Position numbers and translations under genes: made by a program. From Selaginella moellendorffii (Eukaryota > Plantae > Lycopodiophyta), in assembly GCF_000143415.4 (NCBI RefSeq), contig NW_003314274.1, positions 2,090,623 to 2,154,622 of the forward strand: 64,000 nucleotides of DNA, read 5' to 3'. Below the pieces are notes generated by a model that was not told the origin of the DNA, searched no databases, and saw only the letters and a program-made list of their open reading frames with translations. Shown piece by piece: positions 1 through 13,099 of the stretch (position 1 is the first letter of the stretch; every line of letters starts with the position of its first letter).

Positions 1-3000
1 AACAGCCTGCTTCTGAACACCCAAGCAAGGCCTTTTTCATGTCCTCGGAGCTCCTAAACGTATTCGGATTTCTGTAAACGAAAGATTCCTGAGTAATAAA
101 ATCAAATGTAAACGTATACCTTCGAAGGGGCTCAAGGAGCTCTTCCCACAGAGAATTTCTTTGTAAGTTGGATGCACTTCCAATTATGAGAAGATGATGT
201 CTAGCTCGAGTAAGAGCAACATTTAGTCTCTGCTTGGATGCCAGAAATCCCAAACCAGCCGTCCGGCAACAAGATCTGTCACAGCTAGATAAAAACAAGT
301 TTCCGCGAAGTTAAACTTACAGGATGATCACGTCTTTCTCTAGGCCTTGAAATGCGTCAACTGTTGACACTTTAACATTTTCCACTTCACTATGAGCGGT
401 TTCTTTCTTCCTTCCAAAACCAACACACGCATCTTTGGGGTACAGCATTTGACGTATCAAACTTTCCTGCAGAAGATAAATGAGTAAATTAAACTGGAAA
501 ACATGCTAACAACCTGTGATTTGTACAGAGCGATCACTCCAATTTGCGACCCCGAAATCATCTTCGAAATTAGAAGTTTGACAAAGGAACACACCGTCTC
601 TGCTTCATAAGGATTTGAATAGCTTCCTGTCAAGAAATCCTTCTTTTCTTTTCCTTCCTTGCATGTGTCGCAGAACACCAAAGGTGGTATACTAAGAAGC
701 AAAGCCGATCGCTCCATCTCACTAAAACCACAACACACGAGCACTTAAAACATTGATACAAAGGTCATACATGAAGTACCTGCACCCGTCGACAAGTCGT
801 CCTTCGTAAAACAAACGATTGGGGACTCTTGATAATCTGCTGCCATTATTTAGTCGATTGAAAACTTGAAGTGAATATTATCAACCTTGGATGACAACGA
901 TACTGCGTCTGAAGGGGTACAGGACGGTGTCCAAGAGCCGCTAACCTTTCAAAGAGAGTCCTAGAGAAAACAAACAGGAAACTTCCACAATAGCAAAAAG
1001 AAGGATAAAAATGACACCTTGAAAGATCTGCAGACTTCGCAAAACTGTTTGTTTCAGTTGGTGAAAGAACTGGAGGAAGTTGCTGTGGATCACCGACAGC
1101 GACAAGTCTTAAGTGTAAAGAATACCGTCAGTCTTAAGTGTAAAGAATATAGTCGACGAAATACCTTTCACATCGAAATTGGGATATAGGCAACAAACTC
1201 AATGGCTCCACTATTTGCGAACATTCATCCAGAAAACATATCTTGAAAGATTTTTCAAAATTCAATAACGAGAACAGAAAGAATAAGACTCAGTACCTTG
1301 AACGTATTGCCATGCAAAACCTCATTGATTGTAGAACAGCAGGTGACCCCAACAGCGCGTACTTTTTGTAACCTCGTCTTGCGGTGCTTTAGTTTTCCAT
1401 CTTTTATTGCTTTCAGTTCGTTTTCAATCCTCTGCAAGGTACGAAGTTAGAACTTGCATTCGGTACGACGAGGATTACCATACCGCTCTCTCCTTTCCAA
1501 CCGCATCTTTCAACAGCTCTTTTAAGTCTTTTTCGGCATCATCTTCCTCCTTGCAGTTTTTTGAGGTTGCGTGCACAGAATAGCTACACAAACTGTTAGG
1601 CAAAAATAAAATCGTAACAGTGTTCTTACGGAAGAATATTGCTAGCAATTTTGCCAAGAGAACCCACGCGTAGAAAGTCATCAAATCCATGCTCTAAGAG
1701 CCCTGTTAACACCCTGAAATCTTATAGTCAGGCCTGTACCCAACTATCTCTAAAACTACCTGTCAACGGCGCTATTAGTTGCACTTGCAATGATAAACCT
1801 GGTAGAGAGGTCATTTTGTTTCTGTATTGATAATGTTAGGCAGTGTAGAAAACTTGAATACTAAAGTAGTTTACGTTCAAAATCTCTGAAAGAAAAATAA
1901 CCAACGCCACTAGAAGGTGACCTGGAATGAGACTTGTCAAATCTCAAAACTACAGAGAGACGGTAAGCTTACTTTTCCCCGATCCAAATGGTCCATGTAC
2001 GAGACAGACACGGGGCATAGTGATATCTTCTGATGTAAACCATCCGCCCACTGTAAACAAAACTTTTGCCTAGAATATTTGTCTTGGTGTGAAAGGTAGC
2101 CACGAGAATAGAGTGACTACCTGGTCACTGTTCAGGTTGTATTTGAAGATTGCCTCTTTAGCTACGCGGTCCATACTCGTCGGAACTACAGCCTGTCTAG
2201 GCACATACGTATCCGATCCCATAAGAAGAGGTAACAACGGCGTACTGGAGGATTGGATCTTTCTAAAAGCAGCACGCTATAATAATAGAAGAAGAAACAC
2301 GTAAACAGGACGTTACCTTATACAATCGAGCATCGTCAGTTCCGATTGAAGACTAGGCCCTTGTAAGACATATATTTTCTTTCCTTCTCTTATTGGTACT
2401 GGTTGTCCATGTAGCCGTAACTGCGAACAATATCAGCTCTTCAATTATCATGTCGATATACCATCTTTTTCCATTTTTACCTCTACGGCTGCATTTCTAG
2501 AAGAGCCAAACGATTCACTTGTGGCCACAACAGTAAACTCCTCGCTTCAAAAAAACCATTCAGTGCCTTGCCGTTTGTCACAATTACGATACCTGTTTTT
2601 CTCCGGGAAGTTTGAACTGGAACTAATGACCATCAAATCTCCCCTGTAAAATAGACTTATTAGTAGCCGTCAACAGGTAGCAATGATGATATATACTTCG
2701 CATAGTTCAAGGGAACAGTTCTTCCCAAATGGATGTTTATGTATCCGGGCCTTGAAGATCTGAAAAGCAAAAGAATTAAGTCAGACTAAATTCGACAGTC
2801 ATACCTTCTCACTAAGTGACAGTGCGCATAGAGGTTAATGTCATAAGAAGCATAAAGTCTTTCGAGTTCGTCCGCAGATAGTTGGGCGCTCTTACCACCT
2901 ACAAAGAAAAGTGAGGCTATGAACACCAGCCATGACACTTACTTGCAGTGTCTGCCCAGGACTTCATACAAGGCGGATTTCTTGAACAAGTATAAAACCA

Positions 3001-4057
3001 ACGCCCTTTAAAGTTTCCATCCTAAGACGAGAACACAGAAGAAGCTTTAATACAACCTGCAAGCAAATACCTCGTCATTTCGGCGTAGCTCGCACTCTCC
3101 GTGGCTGCAAGAGGGCATAATAGCAGCTTGGATCTTTTCTTTTGCAGAGTTGAAACGCCTGGCAAAGTCGGAAATCTGATATAGTAGTTAGTGAAAGTAC
3201 ATGTTGTTAAGTTGAAGCACTTACCATCAAGGAAATCTCTTCGATCAGTGCTGAAGACATAACTTCCTTGTACTCGGAGCAATCCTTGAACTTGTCTGGA
3301 ATGGCGACGTTTCTTTGTAACTGTCCAGCAGCTTGGAAGTAAAACTGAACTGGAGGAGTGACATCGGGCACAATGTTCAGCCTGCATACATTTTCGTGTA
3401 AATACAATACAAAAGTAATCAAATAAATTCACCGACCTCAAACACAGAGACGCATTTTTCCCATTCTCGTCGCAAACAAAAACTTGAGAGGCTTGAGCAT
3501 CCTGAGAGCTCCTTTCTTGAGAAAATCCATTCGGCATTCGGAGTCTATCAAGAATCTCATTGGCTGCATTCAAGTTGTCAGCGAGGAAAAAATTCGAATC
3601 AAAATAACTAAGGAGCATACTTGTTCTTCGTTCGATGCTCGGCTTTAGTTTCTTCTTGAGCGGGAAGTAGAGAGCCTTGGTTTTTGTCTGAGACAAATCC
3701 TCCTTCTCTGCAGCCAAATCTTGTTTCGTGGAGCTCGATCCGCCGGTAGCATCGGTACCACCAACCCGACTATCCACTTGCACGATGTATCGATCAAACT
3801 CTAGGTCGCTCCCTTGCATCACAACATCCCTTTGCCCTCTAAATTTCTCGTCCAGCGGATTTTCTCCTTCATCCAGCAGCACGAGCTGATCAAGCGCGCG
3901 GCAATCAATCAGCCATTGCTCCAAAAAAAAAAAAAACGAAGCGATCGAAGGAAGAACAACGCACCTTGTTCGCCTTAACGACAAGGAATCCATCCTGGAA
4001 GCTTTTGTTCTTCTTGGCGGTGCGCTTCGCGTATAGAGCTGCCCATTTCCCTTCCAT
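1..4057 (-). CDS. ZGRF1: ZGRF1/MTE1-like protein: N-terminal DUF2439 plus C-terminal UPF1/DNA2-like SF1 helicase; multi-exon, 3' end runs off the window
   Basis: ATG at 4057 gives MEGKWAALYAKRTAKKNKSFQDGFLVV (DUF2439-like Y..KK.K..QDG). Later exons carry SF1 motifs: HGPFGSGK, VVGVTCCS-like, FLDECSQ, LQTQYRCHP-like, NPYEAE..V, IGVIALYKSQV, STVDAFQGLEKDVII, RLNVALTRARHHLLIIG. Confidence 0.85.
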
Positions 4058-4610
4058 CTCCCCTAGCAAGCCCTAACAAAACCCCTAAAAATGCAGAATT
4101 TTCGGCGGGAAAATTATAAAATGTTAATCAAAGAACTTCTATCAAAGGGGAGATTTTCGTTTTCTTCGTCACTAGAACGAAGAGCGACGATGTCAGCGCA
4201 CATTCTTCTCGGAAGGTACAAACTCGTGAAGAGTTTTTTCTTTTCTTTTCGTTTTCGAATCTGGGGGCTATGGATTGAAGTAAAGCTCGACTTGTATCAC
4301 TATACAGAGTGGCTTCTTTTGTTTATCGAGACTTCACGGGCTGGAATGCTCTCTGGTTGTTCCTCTGGGAGTACGGGAAATAGAACACGGCAAGACTGAA
4401 TCGAGCCGAAGCTCAGAGTTTTGTTCTCTTCCTCGGGTGAAAAGAAACGCATTGATGACGCATTTTTGGATTTCTGTTGGACCTTTTTTTTTTTTGTACT
4501 GAAACTCGAAATGCCTTGATCCCAGAGGAGACGCTGATTTGATCAAGTCAAGGCAACTACTCGACGAAATAAAGAGCTCGCAAGATGAAGCCTGTTACAT
4601 TGCAACATAT

Positions 4611-5600
4611 ATGGCTGTTTGGTTCATTGTTTGCATAATGCAAATGAAATACTGCATATTGTTTGCTTTCCTCGCGGTTGCTTGCTCTCAGGTGGTTGAC
4701 TTCACTAAACGTTTCGATTTTCTTGCTTGACCTTTATGCTCTTTGAGCAGAAGGCGATTATATTGTGTGTCGGGATCCTTGGATTCAACACTAAACCCGC
4801 ACCAGTGATGGGATTATTCTCTTCGCAGGGCCCCAATCCTGTCACCCCGACATTCTCAAGGTATGTAAGAATTAACTTGCATGATTTATTTATTTATTTG
4901 TTTATTCTTTTTTCTTCTAGCCTGATATGGTGGCTGCTTTCGCAAACAATACGCAATATGGTATTATGAACTTCCATGTCTTTTCCGCATGTCTCCGGGA
5001 TCGATGACACTGCTCAATGCATACCGTCCCGAATGGAGTCCAGCGGCTATCAACTCGGCAATCGTAACTACAGGTAACACTCTGTGCTTTCCAGAAGAAA
5101 ACAATCGATTCTTTTCTCTTGTTTTGCAACAGGTTTTGTCACTGTAGAGAGCCGATCAAAGACGCAGCATTGCTCCCCGCCACCCCTTTCAACTTCGGTG
5201 GAGGCCACGTCAATCCAAACGCGGCTGCTCACCCGGGCCTCGTCTACGATAGGCGCCCGACTTCACGGACTTTCTGTGTGGATTGAGGCAGGAAAGACGA
5301 AACGTCCACTTTCGCGAACTTGTTCCATACGACGACGCATGGCTTCCAGAAATCTCAACTATCCCTCCATCGCGATCTCTTCGCTCAAAGGCAAGAGAAC
5401 CATCCACCGGCGAGTGACAAACGTAGACGACGACGCTACCACGTACCGAGCAAGCGTGGAGTCTCCGGACGGTGTTTTGGTATCGGTGGTTCCTTCAGTT
5501 CTGTAGAGGAGAGACAATAATAGCTTTTAAAGTTCCTCCATGCAGTCTTTTGGAGCTCTCGTTGGAGCAATGGAAAGTACAGCCCAATGGCTGTGCGGAT
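4611..5600 (+). pseudogene. Internally deleted tandem copy of the subtilase gene
   Basis: Signal-peptide exon (MAVWFIVC...LAVACSQ) joins via ~4772-4786 directly to sequence matching 8004-8890 (PAPVMGLFSSQGPNP, TPFNFGGGHVNP, NLNYPSIA). The catalytic Asp/His region is absent and there are frameshifts. Upstream 4140-4610 matches 5650-6116. Confidence 0.85.
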
Positions 5601-6116
5601 AGAGAGCTAGCGATATAGGAGGGTTTATGGCTAGAGATTTCTAGGGTTTATCAAAGGCGATTTACGTTTTCTCGAAGAGCGACGATGTCAACGCACATTC
5701 TTCTCGGAAGGTACGAATTCGTGATCTCTTCTTTGTTTCTTTTTCGAATCTGGGGGCAATGGATTGAAGAATGTATCACTATAGAATGGCTTCTTTGTCG
5801 AGAAAAGCTATCAGAGTGCTCTGGTTATTCCTGGGAGTACCGAAGTAGCCAAACACGGCAAGACTGAATCAACCCAAAGCTCGGAGTTTTGTTCTCTTCC
5901 CCAGGTGAAAAGAAACGCATTGATGATGCACTGATCATTAGCCAACCTTGACATTTTTAGAGATTTCTGGTGATGGTTTTGTACAGAAACTCGAAAATCC
6001 TTGATCCAGTTTCCAGACGAGACGCTGATTTGATCAAGTCAAGGCGGTAACTAATCGACGAATTCCATTCATTCTATAAGAGCTCCAAAGATGAAGCCTG
6101 TTGCATTGCAACATAT

Positions 6117-8900
6117 ATGGCTGTTTGGTTCACCTTTTGCATGTCGCTTGCTTTCCTCGCGGTTGCTTGCTCCCAGGTGGATGACTGCACTAAACTTCTC
6201 GATTTTCTTGCTTGACAATATGATCTTTGAGCAGAAGGCGATTCATATTGTCTATCTCGGAGATTTGGACGCGACTCTTCACTCCGATCCCGATGCTGTC
6301 TCCGACTCGCATTACCAGCTGCTAGAAAACATCCTTGGAAGGTATAATTTTCATTCTCGGAGACGTTCCATAACAGCTTTGTTTTTGTTTTCTCTTGTGA
6401 ATGTATGCAACTCTGACGCTGCAAAGGCGTCTTTAACTTACAGCTATCGCCATGGATTCAATGGCTTTGCCGCATCACTTACAAGCGAAGAAGCCGCTCA
6501 CATCTCTCGTAAGCTTCAGTTCAAGAATTGCTCAGTTCTCGTTTTGATATGTTCCGCCACAGGGATACCAAATGTTATATCCGTTTTTCCTACTCAGAAT
6601 CTCAAACTGCACACGACCAACTCGTGGAGCTTCTTGGGCTTTGACGAGGACGGTGGCAAGAATGTCCAGTCGTTATTTGGTGATTCTGAAAGCAAGTCAC
6701 TGCGGCGAAAGGCAAACTACGGTGAAGACATTATAGTCGGAGTGATTGACACGGGTACGTAGTTTGCGTCTCACAAACAAGTGCTATGCTCTTCTTGAAA
6801 GTTTTCACTTCCATCGCTTCTATCGCAGGAATATCGCCAGAGTCCAAGAGCTTTGCGGACGATTCAATGGGTCCAATATCGCCGAGATGGAAGGGCACTT
6901 GCGAGCAAGGAGAGAACTTCACTTCCTCGCATTGCAACAGGTGAATTCGGTCAAACCAAAAGTTGGTAAACTTTCGGCTCTTTGCAGGAAGCTCATCGGT
7001 GCAAGGTTTTTCGAGCCGGAAGGAAGAACCAACACGGAGATATCTTCTCCAGAGACGCGAATGGCCACGGGACACACGCAGCTTCCATAGCCGGGGGCCG
7101 GTTTGTGGAAAACGTGAGCTGGTCCGGCTACGCAAGTAGCACCTTGAGCGGTGGCGCATCAAACTCTCGCATTGCAGCGTACAAAGTTTGCTGGGCTCGC
7201 CAGCAAGCTTTCGACTGCACAAGCGAGAGCGTCTTGGCAGCTTTCGAGGCGGGAATACACGACCGCGTGGGTGCTTTCTCCGTCTCGCTTGGCACAAATT
7301 CCAGCGACTACTTCTCGGATCCTATCGCCATCGGTTGCATCGTCGTGGTGGCCGCGGCAGGGAACAATTATTCCTTCGGCACTGTTGCAAACGCGGCACC
7401 TTGGATCATCACCGTCGCCGCCAGCACCATCTCTCGCAGTTTTACGTCGCGAGGCTCTCTCGGCAACAACCAGAGCTTTGCAGTGAGTAAAACTCTGATT
7501 CTATATCAGTAGTCTCGTTTTCTCTTCTCTTATGTTTTGATTACAGGGCTTGAGCCTGACTCGCCACACTCTCGGCAGGCGATGGTATCCCCTTGTGTTG
7601 AGTCTGGACGCTGGCATTCCAAACTCAAGCTTTACTACAAGGTACGCTGATGCCAAGCATGAACACATTCACAATACACCTTTTACATTACAGTGAGCTA
7701 GAGCGATGCGTTTCGGGATCCCTGGATCCAAAGAAAGTCCGGGGCAAAATAGTGACATGTCTTGATACGCTACCTCTTGGAGGAGGAGCTCGTCAAGCTG
7801 GGATAATTTTCTGCAACCGCGGCCCCCAAAGTGCTCGTCCTTTTGAACACGCACTTCCTGCGTCTCATGTCAACAGAGCCGAGGCAAATGCCATACAATC
7901 GTACATAAACTCCACAAGGTTTACTTTTTTGCTCGCGTAGAAACATGCTTGTGTTGCTTCATCTTGTAGATCTCTTGTGGCACAAATATCTCCAGCCCGC
8001 TACTCAACACTAAACCCGCACCAATGATGGGAGTATTCTCTTCGCAGGGCCCCAATCCCGTCACCCCCGACATTTTCAAGGTATGTAAGAATTAATTTTC
8101 AAGTTCTAAAAAAAAGACTTAGTCTCTCTCTTCTTCTTCTTCTTCTTCTTCTTTTCTAGCCCGATATCACAACTCCAGGAGTGGACATTCTAGCTGCATA
8201 CAGCCCTTTTGCAAACAATAGGGGAATATCGTATTGTGTCTGGAACTTCCATGGCTTGTCAGCATGTCTCCAGGATCGTTGCACTGCTCAAGGCATACCG
8301 TCCCGAATGGAGTCCAGCGGCTATCAAATCGGCAATCATAACTACAGGTAAGCACTATGTGCTCTCAGGAGAAAATCGGATTTTTTCTCTCGTTTGCAAA
8401 AGGTTTTCTCACTGATAACTCTGGAGAGCCGATCAAAGACGCGGCATTGCTTCCCGCCACCCCTTTCAACTTCGGTGGAGGCCACGTCAATCCAAGCGCG
8501 GCTGCTCATCCGGGCCTCGTCTACGATGCCAAGGCGCCCGACTTCACGGACTTTCGGATTGAGGCAAGAGAGACGATACATCTCGACTTTCGCGAACTGT
8601 GCCACACGACGACGCATGGCTTCCAGCGATCTCAACTATCCCTCCATCGCGACCTCGTCGCTCAGAGGCAAGAGAATCGTCCACCGGCGAGTGACGAACG
8701 TAGACGACGACGCTACCACGTACCGATCAAGCGTGGAGGCTCCAGACGGTGTTTTGGTATCGGTGGTTCCTCCAGTTCTAGAATTCGAGCGTAGAGGAGA
8801 GACCATAGCTTTTAAAGTTCGCTTCCAGGCAGTGAAAGCTTCCAACCAGAGCTACGCTTTTGGAACTTTGGAGCAATGGAAAGTACAAAGTGAGGAGTTT
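6117..8900 (+). pseudogene. Subtilisin-like serine protease (S8A, I9 prodomain, PA domain), frameshifted
   Basis: Signal peptide MAVWFTFCMSLAFLAVACSQ; motifs HIVYLG, YSYRHGFNGFAA, LHTTNSWSFLG, VGVIDTG (Asp), DANGHGTH (His), [12 protein letters not shown] (Ser; P>Q and G>R versus consensus). A 1-nt loss at ~7050 (SSP/RDANG), with further indels near 8000, 8550 and 8870. Confidence 0.85.
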
Positions 8901-9053
8901 ATAACGGCCATGCATATAAATAGTTTTTCAAAACAAAATAGTGGGGGTCTCCTAGGGTTTATGGGCGATGGCGTCTGGCGCTGGATTTTGGAGGGATTGA
9001 GTGGGATTCCACCTACATTTTGTGGGAATCGCTAGGGTTGCTTGATTCCGGCC

Positions 9054-10879
9054 ATGAGCGCCATGGCTTTCGCGTCTCCAGGGCTGCGATTTCATTCAAG
9101 AGATGGAATGTTTGCTAAGCTAGATCCCTCCTGCCGGATTTTGCCGCCCTTCTCGCTTGTCTCTAGCAGGTGTCGCGCATTCCCTAGAAAATTGGCACTG
9201 GCGATGTGTAGCTCTCAGCAACAGTCGCGGGTCTCGGGTTTGTGGAATTTGGGGCAGATCGAGAGGTGTCTGGAGGCGATTCATTGCGCGCTCGACCCCA
9301 AGCTCGCCGCGGTTTTGGTAGTGGTCGCGTGTTCTTCGTTTAGAAGGTCTGGTAAGAAGAAACTTGCTTATCGCAATCTTTCTTGGTGATTTATTTTTTG
9401 ATGTTTTGTTTGTAGAGAAGGACATTCTTACACCAGCCAAGCTCCAGTTTTTTGCTCAATAGCAAGCGAACAGGTGATAAAAAAAAACTTGTGTTAAATT
9501 CAAGCCCTGTGATCGTGTTTTTTTATTTTTATTTTTTTTCCATCTCTCAGCCAGCTATTAGAGCACAGATTCACGTCAAAATCAATCAAATTCCAGTAGA
9601 AATGTCGACGCCAGAGTCCGATATCAGTGCTTGGCTCGAAGATCTCAAAGAGGAGGCAATTCAGCGAGGCGTCGGCAAAGACACGGTGCTGGAAGCATTC
9701 GACGGTGTCAAAATTTCGCCAAAGATTATGGAGAAGGATCAAACTCAGCCAGAGAAAACGCTCACTGCGGAAGACTATATAAAAACGTAAGGCAACTTTT
9801 TGTTTTCTAGCTTTTAACACATTCTCTGCATTTTTGCTAGTATGGTGAGCCAGAGCAGGGTCTCGAGAGGTGTCCAGGCGTTTGTTGATAACAAAGCGTT
9901 GCTGGAAGAAATCTCTGCGGAGTATGGAGTTCCCGCGTCACTTTTGGTGTCCATCTGGGGGATCGAGTCCAAGTAAGATCCGCGTTCATAGATTTTGTCT
10001 CTTAATTGCTCTTTGCAGCTACGGTTCCTACACGGGTTCGTGGAATGTCATTCAAGCGCTTGTTACTCTTGCGTTTGATTCCCCAGAGGTTGGCGTAAAT
10101 CTATGATACTGAGTCGAGTTTACAGTGATTTGTTTTCTCGCAGGCAAGACGTAGAGCATTCTTCAGGGATGAAGTTTTCCATGCTTTGTTTATCCTTGAC
10201 AAGGCCGAGGGCCCGTCTAATGCAGCTGGCTTGAAAGGTTCCTGGGCCGGTGCCATGGGACAATGCCAATTCATGCCGTCTAGTTTCAGGAACTACGCAG
10301 TTGATTTCGACAGAGATGGACGCAAAGGTACTCAAAGGTTTCTTCTTTAGTGTCCATCCCTAAAATGTTATTCCCAGATATCTGGTCTTCAAAGGCCGAC
10401 ATATTTGCATCCATTGCAAACTATCTCGCTGAACATGGATGGGAGATTGGCGGAAAATACGCACAGAAGGTTTGCCTTCACTTTTCTCTCCTTAACCTGA
10501 TCGATTGGTGTTTCTGCAAGGTCAAAATTCCATCCGACATGGATAAATCTGTCTACGGTTTGGATATCAAGAAAAATGTGAACAGATGGTTAGAAGAAAA
10601 TACGATCACCGCCGCCGATGGAAGTCAGCTATCTGGTGACGAACCAGTCAGTCTGGTATGTAAGAATTCTCCATTTGCTGATTCTCACTCTTTCTCTCGC
10701 CAATAAATTCTTAACAGGTTGCTCCGGACGGGCCTTCGGGAGTAGCTTATCTTGTCTGGGAGAACTTTCGTGTTGTTATGCGATACAACATATCCATTCT
10801 ATATAGTCTTGCAGTTTACGAGCTTGCTGAAGAGATCACTGCCGGAATGACGGCCTTAGAATCAAAGGCAAACGAGTAA
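9054..10879 (+). CDS. MltB: Lytic murein transglycosylase, MltB/SLT_2 family, with N-terminal transit-peptide-like extension; ~9 exons, exon-2 junction ambiguous
   Basis: Spliced translation: WLEDLKEEAIQRGV..., YGVPASLLVSIWGIESNYG (catalytic Glu), ALVTLAFD, GSWAGAMGQCQFMPSSF, AVDFDRDGRKDIW (EF-hand-like loop), ASIANYLAEHGW, NFRVVMRYNISILYSLAV. GT-AG introns; stop TAA at 10877-10879. Confidence 0.93.
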
Positions 10880-11026
10880 ACCTTGTGAATTCCTTTTAAG
10901 TTTATTTAAGTGTGCTATCAGAAATATATTCCATTTCAATTATCATATGGTTAAGAATAGCATCGAATGTTAATATTAGTGAAACAATATCGGTATATAT
11001 AGGACTTTATATCATTGCAATCAGCA

Positions 11027-12738
11027 ATGGAATTGAAGTGTTTGGCTCTGGCTGCCTTCCTCTTCATCGCTTATGTTGCTGCAGATGGTTAGTCATGTAG
11101 TTTCCAAGGTTTTCCGTGTAAACTCATGTTTTTAAACCTTTTTCACAGATTTTCCATTCCCTCTTAGCGAGGCACACCAAGCGCCTGACTTGATTAAAGA
11201 TTTGGATTACATTGTTGTGGGTGGCGGAGCTGCAGGGTGTGCATTGGCTACAACACTTTCACAGAATTTCACTGTTCTTCTGCTTGAGCGAGGTGGCTCC
11301 CCTTACAATAACCCGCTGTTTATGAGAGAGGAGAATTTTATGCTTGGTTTACTTGATGAAGGAACACAAGGCTTTGTCAGCACAGATGGTTCTTGGAGTC
11401 GAGGTAAGCTTCGGGTGGGGGGTCATCGATCAATGGGGGATTTTGGGACCGTGCATCAGCCCAAGAAATCAAACAGATCGGACTTGACCCTGTTAAAGCC
11501 AATGCTTCCTACATTTGGGCCGAGAATGTGATTGTTTCCCTACCAACTTTAGGACCTTTCCAGACAGCTTTCCACAAGGGGCTGGTTGAAGCCGGAGTGA
11601 CACCGGATCTCGGTGCTACATACGAGCACTCTGTGGGGACCAAGACCGGAGGAACCTTGTTTGATGAGAATGGCCAGCGCCGACCGTCTTCCAACTTGAT
11701 CGCCGCTTATGCTAACCCGCAAAACCTTCAGGTCCTGCTGAATGCTCAAGCCGTGAAGATCCATTTCGATGTGTCTGGTAAGAATCAATCTTGGTTACAT
11801 AGTTATATAGTGACTGTTCTGCAGATTCTGGAGCTCCAAGGGCGATGGAAGTTGATTTCATCGACCGAAATGGAGGTCTTCATACTGCTTTTCTCAAACA
11901 AGATTCGGCCAGTGAGATTATCCTCTCCGCCAGCGCAATCGGAACTCCTCATCTTCTTATGTTGAGCGGTGTTGGGCCGGCTGATCACCTCAAGCAGTTC
12001 AACATCAATGTCGTCCTCGCCTTGCCTGTTGGCAAGAACATTGCAGACAATCCAGCCACAAGAGTCTACGTGCCATCGCCTCTGCCTGTTGAGTCTGCGC
12101 TCGTAAAGGTGGCGGGTATCACCCCCTTCGGCAGCTATATCGAGTCCCTCAGTGGAGTCCAGAACCTTCAGGGCAGCGTCATCTTCCAAAAGGTGGCAGG
12201 CCCAAAATCCACCGGAGAAGTGCTCCTTAGTAACGACAGCTTGGACATTACCAACAATCCCGTCATCACTTTCAACTATTACAACAACTCAGATGATCTA
12301 GCAACCTGCATTGGCGGTCTTAACATCATGGAGAAGTTCCTGCTGTCCAAGACAATGACCCCTTTTGTGAGCGGCATGCAAGCTATGCCATCGGGCAACG
12401 TGCTTGGCTTGCCGATCCGCAAGTTTACGTCACAGGAGGTTATCAACGCGACACTGAGTGCATACTGCAAGGTTAATGTTGGTACAATGTGGCATTACCA
12501 TGGTAGCTGCCGGGTTGGCCAGGTGGTAGACTCCCAGTACAAGGTGTTGGGTGCGGAGAGGCTCAGGATTGTCGATGGATCTGTGTTTGACTTCTGCCCA
12601 GGTACGGCAACATTTGTAATGATGGGAAGGTATGTGCAGAATTCTTATCCGTAGTTTTTACAATCTTTTTGTTTGCGAATGGACAGGTACATGGGATTGG
12701 AGATTATAGGTGCGCGGCTCAATAGCACATCCGCCTGA
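11027..12738 (+). pseudogene. GMC oxidoreductase (HOTHEAD/mandelonitrile-lyase-like), copy 1, disrupted
   Basis: Signal peptide, DYIVVGGGAAG, LLLERGG, WHYHGSC, LRIVDGS. Net 4-nt loss at ~11385-11422 causes a frameshift, and NPQ is deleted in frame from the GTNPQAT motif (~12606). Confidence 0.85.
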
Positions 12739-13099
12739 AAAAAGCTTAATGCAAACTTTTTCATGTTTCATCAAACCTTTAATTTAGAAAACGCGGGTAA
12801 AATGTTATCTTCTGGCATCACAAATTCGAACGTCAAAGTTCAGCTCAAAAAGATCGATGTCATCTACTCAATGATCGACTAGCTTGGCACCATTCTACAT
12901 TGCCGCTCAACTCTTTTTCTCTTTCTACAGGAACCTGCAAGAGTTCTGGGAACAGATTGTGCAACACGGGGCAAACAGATTCTCTCGTGCATTGACACCA
13001 CCGATCCAAAGGTGTGGCTGCCTGGACCATGCCCACGGCGTATTCTACATCTTCTCACATACACGGGATTTGCTTTAAGAAATAGCGAGCGATGTGACG

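Noticed and set aside
3022-3993. 323-aa single ORF as a separate gene
   Set aside because: It is read-through across exons and introns of the ZGRF1-like gene.
4454-4502. TGATGA...CTGA as a C/D box snoRNA
   Set aside because: Too short, no terminal stem, and the D box is not conserved at the matching position in the duplicate at ~5921-5990.
9054-10879. MltB (and the PPase at 39431) as bacterial contamination
   Set aside because: Both have spliceosomal introns and are contiguous with plant genes.
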